Source of the DNA: Octopus vulgaris
Lineage: Eukaryota
NCBI GenBank assembly: GCA_951406725.2
Contig: OX597821.1
Coordinates: 114,576,001-114,640,000 of the forward strand
Direction: 5' to 3'
DNA length: 64,000 nt
Below the pieces are notes generated by a model. That model saw only the letters and a list, made by a program, of their open reading frames with translations. It did no database searches and was not told where the DNA came from. The position numbers and the translations under genes are program-made. Below are positions 38,207 to 48,689 of the stretch, one piece after another (position 1 is the first letter of the stretch; each line of letters starts with the position of its first letter).

Positions 38207-41086
38207 ATTCTTTATAAAACACTACTTTGTTTCAGTGGCTCAGTGCTTAACCCTTTAGTGTTTAAACCGGCCATATCCGGCCAAAATATTCTACCTATTT
38301 TATATTCAAACTAGTCAGATATGGTCATTCATAGCTATCTTATTGTGTCATTTTAAAAATAAAGAATCACATCATTGAAATCTCAAAGCCATGAAATGAT
38401 GCAAGATTAATTTTACATGGTGTGAATACATAAGCTTTACATTTTACAGAATAATCTGAATGCTAAAGGGTTAAGAAGGGCCTCAAGTTCAAGTAATGGT
38501 GAGATTGTTACACAAACTAATTTCCCCATACCCAGTTTGATTTCATGTAAATCTTCATTAAATGGTGGCTTTAGCAAATTTCTTTTCTAATGTATATTTG
38601 TAGGTTTGACAAGAAAAAACATGAAAATAACTGGTTCCGGAAGACAGCAGAAGAGATGGACATCGAACTGGATGAAGATAACCTGTATCCTTTTTGTCTG
38701 CAGCTCCACCATCACAACTTTTATTTAGAAAATACTCTGTTCTATCTCCTTGAAAAATATTTCATGGCTGTATGATCTGAGTTTATTTCCCAAACATGTG
38801 GTTCCAGGTTCAGTTCCACTGTGTGATAGCTTAGGCATGTGTCTTTTACCACAGCCTTGGCTTGACCAAAGTCTTGCGAGTGGATTTGGTGGGTAAAAAC
38901 TACAAGCTTTTTGTTGTATGTTTGGTGCTCAGCTCACAAATTATCACAAGACTTTGATGTAAGGTTTTAATTTAGATCACTTTAATCTTTTTGTTACTAT
39001 ATTTCTTTTGAAATAGACTGCTTTTGTCTCAATTAATTTTGAAAATAATGAAGAATTTAGTAAAATAATTTTCTCATTATGAAGATGGTGTTTGGAACAA
39101 AACATAAAATTTTGATGGAAAGTTTTAATTTAGGTAACTTTAAACAAGAAGTTCATGTCACAAAACAAAGGGACAGTCTCAGTTGGGGTGGTACCCAGAG
39201 GGTTAATTTTAATAATCTAAAGAGTGAATGACTTGTTAGGCGCAATGTAGAGTGTTTACTGAGATTGTTTTATTGTGTAGTTATTACATTATTTACAATG
39301 GATGGATAGGTGTCCTCATCTTGTTTGTTATTACCGCAACATTTCAGCTGATGTATTCTCCAGCCTTCATCAGGTGTTCTGGTGGAATTTCAAACCCAAC
39401 CCTTTATTTCACTGATGGGGTATTCTTTTCTCATTCCTAAGGTATTCTTTTTGCTGATGTTATTTTTTCTGTAGATGTTATTTCCCAAGTCTCTGCCTGG
39501 GACTGAACTCAGAATCTGAGGGTTAGTAGCCCAGGCTCTTATCCACTACCCTATATGCCCGTAGACCTACAGACATATATCATAGTGGGTAAGAATGTAG
39601 GCTATGCTATATGCTTGTAGGCCTACGCGCATATAGCATAGTGGATAAGAGTGCAGGCTACTAACCCTCGGTTTCTGAGTTCAACCCCAGGCAGGGACTT
39701 CATCATCATCGTTTAACACCCGTTTTCCGTGCTAGCATAGGTTGGACAGTTCGACTGGGGTCTGGGAAGCCAGGAGGCTGCACCAGGCTCCAGTCTGATC
39801 TGGCAGTGTTTCTACAGCTGGATGCCCTTTCTAACGCCAATCATTCCGTGAGTGTAATGGGTGCTTTTTACGTGCCACAGGCACAGGTGCCAGAGGAGGC
39901 TGGCATCAGCCACGATCGGTTGGTGCTTTTTACATGCCACCGGCACAGAAGCCAGTCAAGGCATCGGCCACGGTGCTGGCATAATATCAACAGAAAAAGT
40001 AACATCAGCAAAAAAAAAAAATGAATATCTTAAGAATGAGAACAGAGTACCCCATTAGTGAAATTAAGGGTTGGGTTTGAAATGCTACCAGAACACCTGA
40101 TGAAGGCTGGAGAGTACATCAGCTGAAACAAGGTGAGGACACATATCTGTCCATTGTAAATAATGTACATAATTCCTCGTCTCAAAAATATAGAATAGTA
40201 GTTATTACTTGATTTGCATTGATATTGTTGTAACCTTGACCCAATGTTCACAGATATGACCTTGGGGACTCAAGAGACCAAGCAAACCTACGACATAAAA
40301 TCGCTTCCATGAAAATGCAGTTACAGACGATGTTGAAAACGAAACTAGTTTCTAAGAAACTAGTCACCAAGTACCCTACCAAAATGGGAAAACTTCGTGA
40401 TCCCATGGAAATTAGTAAGTTGAAGATTTATGTTTTTTTGAGGGAAGGCTTAAATATTGAAAGCGTTGACTCTCCCTTGTGGTACCTTCAGATTTATTTA
40501 ATCAACCCTGTGATTATAACTGAACATAGCCACTGATTGTTGCTGTGATGGTTTCACATTGTCCAGTAGACACTTGGAACCCTGTCAGGTCAAAACAACG
40601 TAGACATAAGTGTGAAAGGGTGGAGGTTTATGTATTTTAGATTGATGAATTGCCAAAAATGTTTATTGTTGAGAGAAAAACACAAAAATAGATGCAGATA
40701 TCTTATTTGAATTTGGACACAGGAATTCTAGATTTGTCTTACTTTGTGGTGTTGGTGATGGCATAGGTAGCAGCTGGTGCTGTGGAGATGGTTATGCATC
40801 TTCTATTTGAATTTCTGTGTTTAAAGACCCAACAGAAAGAATTCTTCAATGGCTTTAGATTTTAATATGTGTTTTTTTTTTATCTTTAGGCAATTCTTCT
40901 TCAAGTGCAATTAGTGAATTACAAAATCAGAGGTTGTTGATGAAGGACAAGAAGAAACAGAAAAAGAAGATTGTTATAAAAGATGTGAATGAATTAAAGA
41001 AAAATAATTTAATTGAAAAGAAACGTCAGAAGGCAATGAGACGGAAGAAAAGAAAAGAACTGTTGATGAAACAATTCAGTGAATAA
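14880..41086 (+). CDS. DDX24: ATP-dependent RNA helicase DDX24/MAK5-like, whole spliced gene (17 coding exons, about 763 aa)
   Basis: Hand-joined exons give one open frame of 2292 nt with matching intron phases. Motifs: Q (GFTQPTPIQ), I (ATGSGKT), Ia (PTRELAVQV), GG, Ib (TPGRL), II (DEAD), III (SAT), IV (LVFCN), QxxR ([12 protein letters not shown]), V ([11 protein letters not shown]), VI (HRSGRTAR). The acidic insert between motifs I and Ia and the C-terminal KYPT are typical of DDX24/MAK5. Confidence 0.93.
15960..16455 (-). mobile_element. RTE-derived 3'-UTR element / SINE-like repeat with (GAT)n tail
   Basis: Shared body gagtggttggcgttaggaagggcatccagctgtagaaa...catggaaa..ggacgttaaacgatgatg. 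Other copies: about 17810-18030(+), 19960-20520(+), 20830-21560(+), 23250-23585(+), 24595-24950(-), 32880-33160(+), 33730-34060(-), 39700-39980(-). Confidence 0.8.
16850..17112 (+). mobile_element. RTE LINE 3' end with C2H2-like zinc fingers
   Basis: [21 protein letters not shown]...[21 protein letters not shown]; same type as 49230-50207. Confidence 0.65.
17369..17447 (+). CDS. DDX24: DDX24 exon 2 ([26 protein letters not shown]; basic, NLS-like)
   Basis: ttttctcattgtag acceptor, gtaagt donor, phase 0 to 1, open frame. Confidence 0.7.
18076..18305. mobile_element. TTAA-flanked MITE (piggyBac/Kolobok-like)
   Basis: TTAA-CCCTTT...AAAGAG-TTAA. Confidence 0.5.
18778..18816 (+). CDS. DDX24: DDX24 exon 3 (39 nt, [13 protein letters not shown])
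   Basis: strong ttttatttttattttcag acceptor and gtaagt donor, phase 1 to 1; supported by splice signals only. Confidence 0.6.
19518..20582. mobile_element. TTAA-flanked MITE interrupted by a SINE (about 19630-19900) and an RTE tail (about 19960-20520)
   Basis: TTAA-CCCTTTGTTGCCA...GGTACCAAAAGGG-TTAA; a related copy at about 38980-39206. Confidence 0.65.
20680..20745 (+). CDS. DDX24: DDX24 exon 4 (66 nt, [22 protein letters not shown])
   Basis: ccctcaccag acceptor, CAG|GTAAGG donor, phase 1 to 1; supported by splice signals only. Confidence 0.6.
22186..22334 (+). CDS. DDX24: DDX24 exon 5 (Q motif)
   Basis: [30 protein letters not shown]...DIVGAAAT; cttccttag / gtaaga. Confidence 0.93.
22754..23152 (+). 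CDS. DDX24: DDX24 exon 6 (motif I, acidic insert, motif Ia)
   Basis: [13 protein letters not shown]...[20 protein letters not shown]; ttgtag / gtcagt; 399 nt, phase 0 to 0. Confidence 0.95.
23981..24091 (+). CDS. DDX24: DDX24 exon 7 (GG, motif Ib)
   Basis: [37 protein letters not shown]; ttttccag / gtatgt. Confidence 0.95.
25090..25208 (+). CDS. DDX24: DDX24 exon 8 (DEAD motif)
   Basis: [23 protein letters not shown]; tttcatcag / gttagt; phase 0 to 2. Confidence 0.95.
26296..26429 (+). CDS. DDX24: DDX24 exon 9 (motif III)
   Basis: [13 protein letters not shown]; cctttgcag / gtaagt; phase 2 to 1. Confidence 0.93.
27538..28902 (+). mobile_element. 5'-truncated CR1-clade LINE in DDX24 intron 9
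   Basis: Unbroken RT ORF ([49 protein letters not shown]), short 3' UTR, (TAAC)n tail, candidate TSD ATTTAA at 27532-27537 and 28903-28908. Confidence 0.92.
27575..28810 (+). pseudogene. LINE ORF2 reverse-transcriptase fragment (411 aa); no endonuclease, catalytic site FAND
   Basis: ORF track; the RT YxDD motif reads FAND. Confidence 0.85.
29688..29806 (+). CDS. DDX24: DDX24 exon 10
   Basis: [34 protein letters not shown] fits the DDX24 inter-domain linker; phase 1 to 0 fits its neighbours; the acceptor is atypical (TA repeat). Confidence 0.85.
30519..31329. mobile_element. mariner-derived MITE (TA TSD) with a nested SINE at 31018-31248
   Basis: TIRs TGAGGGTGAATCAAAAAGTAATGCCATTTT / AAAATGGCATTACTTTTTGACTCACGCTCA; mariner C-terminal remnant ([27 protein letters not shown]); SINE flanked by a 24-bp TSD. 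Confidence 0.85.
31503..31680 (+). CDS. DDX24: DDX24 exon 11 (motif IV, QxxR)
   Basis: [21 protein letters not shown]...[17 protein letters not shown]; ctttgcag / gtaagt. Confidence 0.95.
32252..32355 (+). CDS. DDX24: DDX24 exon 12 (motif V)
   Basis: [30 protein letters not shown]; tttttag / gttagt; phase 1 to 0. Confidence 0.95.
34237..34354 (+). CDS. DDX24: DDX24 exon 13 (motif VI)
   Basis: [26 protein letters not shown]; long pyrimidine tract, cttag / gtaagt. Confidence 0.95.
35845..35941 (+). CDS. DDX24: DDX24 exon 14
   Basis: [31 protein letters not shown]; ttttcag / gttagt; phase 1 to 2. Confidence 0.9.
37085..38020 (-). mobile_element. RTE LINE 3' portion (ORF end plus long 3' UTR)
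   Basis: [15 protein letters not shown]...[12 protein letters not shown] and [16 protein letters not shown] on the minus strand; (GAT)n tail. Confidence 0.8.
38251..38470. mobile_element. TTAA-flanked MITE (piggyBac-like)
   Basis: TTAA-CCCTTTAG...CTAAAGGG-TTAA. Confidence 0.75.
38604..38684 (+). CDS. DDX24: DDX24 exon 15
   Basis: [26 protein letters not shown]; ttgtag acceptor; followed by U12-type donor GTATCCTTT. Confidence 0.9.
38685..40253 (+). other. U12-type (minor spliceosome) GT-AG intron of DDX24
   Basis: 5' site GTATCCTTT; CCTTGAC branch point at 40234-40240, with the branch A 14 nt from the 3' end; no polypyrimidine tract; the join restores the DDX24 frame. Confidence 0.9.
39281..40170. 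mobile_element. Head-to-head fold-back of two tRNA-headed retroelement copies with hammerhead-like cores
   Basis: 39281-39560 is the reverse complement of 39620-39698 plus 39981-40170; pol III-like A/B boxes; CTGATGA-stem-GAAA at 39333-39378(-) and 40092-40135(+). Confidence 0.75.
40254..40414 (+). CDS. DDX24: DDX24 exon 16
   Basis: [27 protein letters not shown]...KYPTKMG; U12-type branch point plus cag acceptor; gtaagt donor. Confidence 0.88.
40890..41086 (+). CDS. DDX24: DDX24 exon 17 (last coding exon, K/R-rich tail, TAA stop)
   Basis: tttttatctttag acceptor, phase 1; [26 protein letters not shown]...KQFSE*. Confidence 0.85.
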
Positions 41087-41097
41087 ATTTCAATAAA
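41082..41097 (+). terminator. Two AATAAA polyadenylation signals, one overlapping the stop codon
   Basis: gAATAAAtttcAATAAA followed by a GT-rich stretch (tgtggatgtttgtatatttgggtt). Confidence 0.55.
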
Positions 41098-44036
41098 AAG
41101 ATCTGTGGATGTTTGTATATTTGGGTTCATGGCTCTGTTTTGCGTCTGTTTTATTATGTTTGCAAGGTTTGGACAAATATGTTATTTGAAGCATTGTTTT
41201 ACAGCCAGATGCTCTTTTTGATACTAATCGTTGCCTGGTTTTCTAGTAAGGAATCACAGCTGCAAAGGCATGAAATGCCCCAGGCAGGAGAAACTGACAA
41301 TACACTGCCTGCTGCACTTCTGAACAAGCGATTGAAGACGTAAACAAACACAGACACACATGCAAGCTCTCTCTCTCACACACACACACCATCATCATCA
41401 TCATTTTAACGTCCAATTTTCCATGCTTGCATGGGTCAGATGGAATTTTGCCAGGGCAGATTTTCCACAGCTGGATGCCCTTCCTGTCACCATTCCTTAC
41501 ATTTTTCCAACCAAGTTAATATTTTCCTTTGGCCAGAATTGTTTTTCACAGGGAAACTGGAAATGTATGATGGTGATACTTTGTCTGTGATCATCATATG
41601 ATGTCTAAACAAGGGTACAAACATACAAACACCATGTCTACTATCATTTTACTTGTTTCTGTCATTATACTGTGGCCATGTTGGAGCCCCCCCCCCCTTG
41701 AAGAAGTTTTTGTTGAATAAATTACCCCAGGACTTACTCTTTTAAAGCCAGGTACTTATTCTATCGGTCTTTTTTGCTGTACTACTAAGTTAAGGGAGCT
41801 TAAACACACCAGCACCAATTGTTAAATAGTGATGGAGGTCAAGTACAGACACAAAAACACACACGCACATCGCTATATATATATATACACAATGGCTTTC
41901 TTTCAGTTTCCGTCTACCAAATCCATTCACAAGGCCTTGGTCAGCCTGAGGCTATAGTAGAAGACACCCAAGGTGCCATGCAATGGGACTGAACTTGAAA
42001 CCACATGGCTGGGAAGCCAACATGTTAACCACACAGCCATACTTGTGTCTGTTGTAACTTGATTAAAACAGTGTTGGAAGGTAGAACTTGGAAAACAAGA
42101 TTAATAGTTCAGTAGTGTTATACAAGTGATATCGTCATCATCATTATTTAATGTCTGCTTTCAATGCTGGCATGGGTTGGACAGATTGACAGGATCTGCA
42201 CCAGGTTACATTCTCATGTTTGGCATGGTTTCTATGGCTGGATGCCTTTCCAGTACAGCACTCTGTACTGGAAGCCTTTTTTGTAGTATGAGCACCAATG
42301 CTTTTTACGTGGCACCATCACCAGTGCTTTTTGGACAAGCATTACCATAATGAAATGCTATATGTGACAAACTATCTGATGTGGCATACTGGCTAGTCTT
42401 TGTTTTCCAATTTGCCAGGGACCAGTAATATTAATTTATACAGGAAACAATGTATATAATGAATATAATAAAAGTTGACAATTTTTTAAATATTTATTTT
42501 GTAAGCAAAAAATACAATATTACATAAGCATTTTATAATATTTCTTTCTTTTCTGGAAACTCGCTGCATACTGGCAGCTGATGGTCCATGGACCATCACT
42601 TTGAATAGCACTGATCTACCTAACTGTCATTCTTAATAGGCATCACATCTCCATGCCAGTGCAGTCTTCTCTCTTGCATATTATTTCTGATTGCTGTTAT
42701 ATCCAGTTTTCCTCTCTGCTCATTTGTGTGCCACTGTTGATGTATATTAGTATTAGACATCCTGTGAGGCATGTTTGCCTCATTATTTTACAACTTTCAC
42801 ACAATGTACACATTCAGTGTCCATGTTTCACCACTATATAATATATCTGAGGAGCAATCAATAAACTGTAAAGCTGTCTGTCCGGTGACTACCTCTTCAT
42901 TTTTTTATTTTTTTCCCCGACACATCAGTAGTATAGAAATAATATATTTACATTCTTATTTAACCTACAATGAGGTTTTGTAATATTTAAATATATTCCA
43001 GTTCTGATTAATTCTATGTTTTGCATAAAGTAGATATTGTCTAATTGATAACAAAATTGTCTCAGACAAAATTATCGAAATTTAATAATAAATGAAAATA
43101 GAAGATAGGACTGTTAAGAGCAATGACACCTTAGTTTAGGCCTAAATAAAATAGGCCAGATTGATAATGGCAAGATACATTCACTTTAGAGATTTCAAAC
43201 TGCAAATATTGCAAATTTTTGTAAGTATTAAAAATGCATTTGTGATAAGTTCAAGATTATTTGATTCTTAACTGAACTGAGATAGGCCATATGGTAGCAT
43301 GTGAGAAGTTATTTTCAGGGCTTAAGATGCAGTGGCCTCAAACAGATAAGTATATGGTTAATTCTTATCAACTATAGCATGTTCATGCTGGTTCCACATG
43401 AAAAGCACTCATACTGGTGCCACTTGAAAAGCACCTAGCTCACACTGCAAAGTGGTTGGCATTAGGAATGGCATCCAGCTGTAGAAACCAAGCTCTCTGG
43501 CTTGCCAGCTCTGGTCAAACTGTCCAACCCATGGTAAATGGACATTAAAGGATAATGAATGAATGATAAGCCATTCAAAAGCATGAATATGCAGATTAGG
43601 CTATCCACCACAGTGCTAGCCTAATTTATGACTATTTAACATCTGGTTTATGGTGTTGTTTGGGGAAAAGATGTGGGGTATGTTTTCTCTGGAGTGGTCA
43701 GCAAAGCATGAAATCATTCATCAGGAGACTCCCACTCATCTTTCTCTGTCCATCAATACTATAGGAAGAATGTATTTGCTTTTGAATATTTAAATTTATT
43801 TCTGGTCTTCTGATTCACCCTGTGTTGTGCATTTTACATATAGAAGGTGGCCCAAAAGTCAGGCACAAAATAGGTCCAATATGCTCCAGAATTGCCTAAG
43901 ACATACTTCAGTTTTTCTAGAATTGCCAAAACTAAATAACGGTGAATACACATGTACATGAACAAAATGAATTATAGCATAAAATAAATAAAATGTCAAA
44001 TGTTTTGATAGATGTTTGGCCCATCCTGTATTTATG

Positions 44037-44080
<44 letters not shown>

Positions 44081-44689
44081 AATAATTTTAAATTTGGGTA
44101 TACACCTTGTAGTACATCGTTTAAAGCCTGTTTATTGTGTTTGGCTACCTGGTGCTATCAACATTATGAATATAAGTGCCACTAGATTTACTTCAGGAAT
44201 TCCTTCATATCTACAGAGTATATATAATTGTCTACTTGTTTCAGTCATTAGACTGCGACCATGCTAGAGCACTGCCTTGAAGAAATTTTTACTCAAATGA
44301 ATTGACCTCAGTACTTCCATATTTTTTCGCGGCTGGTACTTTTTGTCAGACCGCTAATTACAGGGACATAAACAAACCAACATTGGTGGTGAGAGGTAAA
44401 GCCATGCACTCATAGATATATTTACATCAAGCTTCTTCCAGATTCTGTCTACCAAATCCACTCACAAAACTTTGTTCAGACTGAAGCTATAGTAGAAAGC
44501 ACATACCCAAGGTGCTATGCAGTAGGACTGAAACTGGAACCATGTGGTTGGGAAGCAAGCTTCTTATCACACAGCCATGTCTGCGCCTATACACACACAC
44601 ACATATATATATATGAACTTTAGATATATTTATATATGTATATATATATATATACATATATATAGTTATGTAGTGTGCACACACAACAG

Positions 44690-45577
44690 AGTGTAAGTGC
44701 CCTGAGAGAAATGCTGGACATAAGAAGCATCAGATGTGGTATGCAAGAGAGACGTTTGCGCTGGTATGGTCATGTACTATGGATGGATGAGGAGAGATGT
44801 GTGAAGAAATGCCACTCCCAAGCAGTTGAAGGTATCCGGAGAGAGAGGTAGACCCAGGAAGACATGGGATGAGGTAGTCAAGCATGACCTTCGAACGTTG
44901 GGCATTACAGGCAATGACGAAAGACTGAGATCTGTGAAGATATGCTGTGACTGCAAAGACCCGACAAATAATGTGAGTTCATGGCTGCTTCCTGCACCAG
45001 TTTCGCATAGCCCCAGCCCATCCAGAACTGGATTGCAGAACGACCTGCTGTGCTTACCTTGGATCATAGGGTGACCTACTGTGCTTGAGGAGACCTATTG
45101 AGTCAAGTACATCAACATCAAAACAAAAATCAAATGGAAATTGTAGTTGAGATACCTGTGCTGGCAGCACATAAAAAGCACCATCCAAACATGACCGATG
45201 CCAGCGCCGCCTTGACTGGCTTCTGTGCCGGTGGCACATGAACTGCTGTGCTTGAGGAGACCTATTGAGTCAAGTACATCAACATCAAAAAAAAAAATCA
45301 AATGGAAATAGTAGTTGTGATACTTGTGCCGGTGGCACATAGAAAGCACCATCTGAACGTGGCCGATGCCAGCGCCGCCTTGACTGGCTTCTGTGCCGGT
45401 GACACGTAAAAAGCACCCACTACACTCATGGAGTGGTTGGTGTTAGGAAAGGCATTCAGCTGTAGAAACACTGCCAGATCAGATTGGAGCCTAGTACAGC
45501 CTCCTGGCTTCCCAGACCCCGGTTGAACTGTCCAACCCGTACTAGTATGGAAAATGGACATTAAACGATGATGATGA

Positions 45578-45580
<3 letters not shown>
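44690..45580 (+). mobile_element. RTE LINE 3' portion with an internal ~165-bp tandem duplication
   Basis: LRWYGHVLWMDEERCVKK...[21 protein letters not shown]; duplicated block at about 45077-45239 / 45243-45405; (GAT)n tail. Confidence 0.8.
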
Positions 45581-45614
<34 letters not shown>

Positions 45615-45693
45615 CTTAGGGTAGCAAAAAAAATTATAAAAATGTCTTTGCTACCAGTGCTCTAGCGAGAAGGAAAAAAATTAGTCAATGGAC

Positions 45694-45935
45694 TATATAT
45701 TATTCATATAAAAATACATTTAAACACATAAGAGATGACCATAATAGCCTGACTCACTAGAAAGAGCAGTAAGCCACTAATGCAATTCTGAAAGGAAATG
45801 AAAAGTTTTTGTTTTTCACTCCCTTTCAGAATTGCAACTATTAGTGGCTTGGAATTTAACTGCTCTTTCTAGTGAGTCAGATGTCCTATTATGGTCATCT
45901 CTTATGTGTTTAAATGTACAATGTATTTTTCTATG

Positions 45936-45945
<10 letters not shown>
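45694..45945. repeat. Fold-back palindrome (~100-bp arms) between (TA)n tracts
   Basis: TAAACACATAAGAGATGACCATAATAG..CTGACTCACTAGAAAGAGCAGT versus its reverse complement at 45859-45913. Confidence 0.8.
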
Positions 45946-45996
<51 letters not shown>

Positions 45997-48404
45997 CTTA
46001 AGATATATTTTAAATGCAAGTAACTGGGACTGCAATGAGCACATTCATTAAACCTCAATTTTGTACTTTGCCAATTAAAATTGTCCCAACATTATGAGTC
46101 GCCCTGTATTTGTAATTAATTGATGTTACCCCTTGGTATGGAACTCTTAGAAAAACTATATAAATTAATCCACTGAAAACACTTCAATTCCATGCAGAAA
46201 AACGTTTGAAAATTCAGAACATTTGCATTTTTAGCAAACCGACTCACTTAATAAAAAGATGAAATGGTAGGATTTCTATTTTGTTAAGTAATAACAAACC
46301 AATGGCATTGAAATTGTATAAATGTTCTTGTAATCATTAGAGAAGGATTTATTCATATGCATTCAGGAGTTGAATTCAGAAATAGAGGTAATCCATTCTA
46401 AAGGGTTTAGAATAACAGACCAAGAAACACCTAGGCACTGGCATGGCTGTATAGTAGGATGTAAAGTAGGGTTCAGTCCCACTGCCTGGAACCTTGAGCA
46501 AGTGTCTTCTACTATAGCCTTGGGACAACCAAAGGCTTGTGAGTAGATTTGGTAGATGGAAACTGAAGGAAGCCCGTCGTATATGTGTGTGTGTGTGTAT
46601 ACATATACATATATATATGTTACAATTGATGGCTACGTGTTAATTCATTACAGCTGTTTCAAATGAATTTTTTAGTTGATCAATGAGTACATTAAAAGGT
46701 TTGTTAGAAATGGCTGTAATGAATTGACACCTATCCTTAAGCGTCTACTTGATAATAATATTAGATTGAGCAACCCCTACTATGTGAGATAAAGGTACAT
46801 TTAGTAAGAGAGTACTATATACCTAAGATTTTAGATGTGCCCCCTTTAGCTTTGTTGCAGTAAAAGCTGGTTAAAGAGAACCTCTAATAAGGGCCGAAAT
46901 AAATCTCTTCAATTTGACGTCTATGCATATGAATTGATGGTGTATGGCTTAGTGGTTAGGGTATTTAACTCACAACCTCACGGTTCTTAGTTCAATTCCA
47001 GGAAGTGTGTTGTCTTTGAGCAAAATATTTCATTTCATGTTGTTCCAGTCCACTCAGCTGGCAAAAACGAGTAGTACCTGTATTTCAAAGGGCCAGCCTT
47101 GTTACATTTTATATTACACTGAATCTCCTTAAGGGCTATGTGAAGGGTACACCTCTCTGTAGAGTGCTCAGCCACTTGCATATTAATTTTTCGCACAGGT
47201 TGTTCCATTGATCGGATCAACTGGAACGCTTGTCATCAAAACCAACAGAGTGCCAATGTCTATTGATGTATAATCAGTTCTTCCAGACTCAAATATTAAT
47301 ATGGATTATCTAAAGCCTTAAATCAAATGTTCTCAAACTGTTTGTTCAAGTGCATCCTTTCACCACCTTAGTAAATGTGGAGATACTTCATGTGAAGAAT
47401 AAAGTGTGAAATGTTTAAATATCATAAAATGAATAATAAGCATGTTTGTTATTAATTAAAATTAATGAGTTACTAATTGTTCTTATTTTTTGTAAAACAA
47501 TATCGAAGATTAAAGGTTATCAAAGACATATATGACTATTTATAACTCATTAGTACTAAAAAAATCTGCAGGTGTTCTATATAATTATGAGTGCTGGTGT
47601 GAGCGATTCGGCCAAGGTCACTGATCTTACCGGTCTCCTGTTCCAACTTAGGGAAGAACTCACTAATTTAGGATGAAATCTGCACCGAAATAAATGATCA
47701 TGACTAAGTGCAGGCTTTGATGTATAAATGGGTTTAGAAAAGGATCTAATTATCCTTAGATTTGAACATAAAAATCTTAGTTATATCAATAAATTTTCTA
47801 ACCATCACAGGCGCAGATGTGCTGGAGTGGTAAGAATTTTGTTTCCAAGCCATGTGTTTCCGAGTTCAGTCCCACTTTGTGGCACCTCAGGCAAGTGTTT
47901 TCAGCTGTAGCTTCAAGCCAACCAATGCCTTGTGAATGGATTTGGTAAGAGGAAACTGAAAGAAGTCCATTGTATATATATATTTATATAGATAGATAGA
48001 TATATGTGTGTGTGTATTTGTCCACCTCCACTGTTTGTCAACCGGTATTGGTCCGTTCACATCCTGTGACTTAGCAGTCTGGTAAAAGGGACCAATAGAA
48101 TAAGTACTAGGCTTAGAAGAAAAGCATATTGGCATTGGTTTGTTCTAATAAAAGTTCTTCGCGGCAGTGCCCCAGCATGGCTGCGATCTAATAACTGAAA
48201 CAAGTAAAAGATAAAAGATCCTATTAATATTTTTAAAAAATGGATTCGAAAAATCTCATTTAGATTATCTCGCTTTTCAGTTAACGAATAAAGATTTTGC
48301 TCGAATTATGAGGTATGGATCTAAAGTGGATATAAAGATGAGGTGTATTTTTACCAACAACCAGTATAGAATTAGGAAGAACATTCATAATGAGCATAAT
48401 TGCA

Positions 48405-48638
48405 TTATAATTGGTATAATCCACCATGTAATACTGGTATGACCCCACCTATTGCTAACGCTTTCATTTCTTTCTTTTTTTTCCTTTTTTGTTTGCATTA
48501 CTTGCGAAACGTCTGCCTTTGAAAATAAGTATTTTAAGATCTTTAACGGAAATATCACTAAATTATATTATTCTGCCACAACTTATCTTCAGCAAAACAT
48601 AACCACTTCAAATGTAACTATGTTAACAAGTAATAACG

Positions 48639-48689
<51 letters not shown>

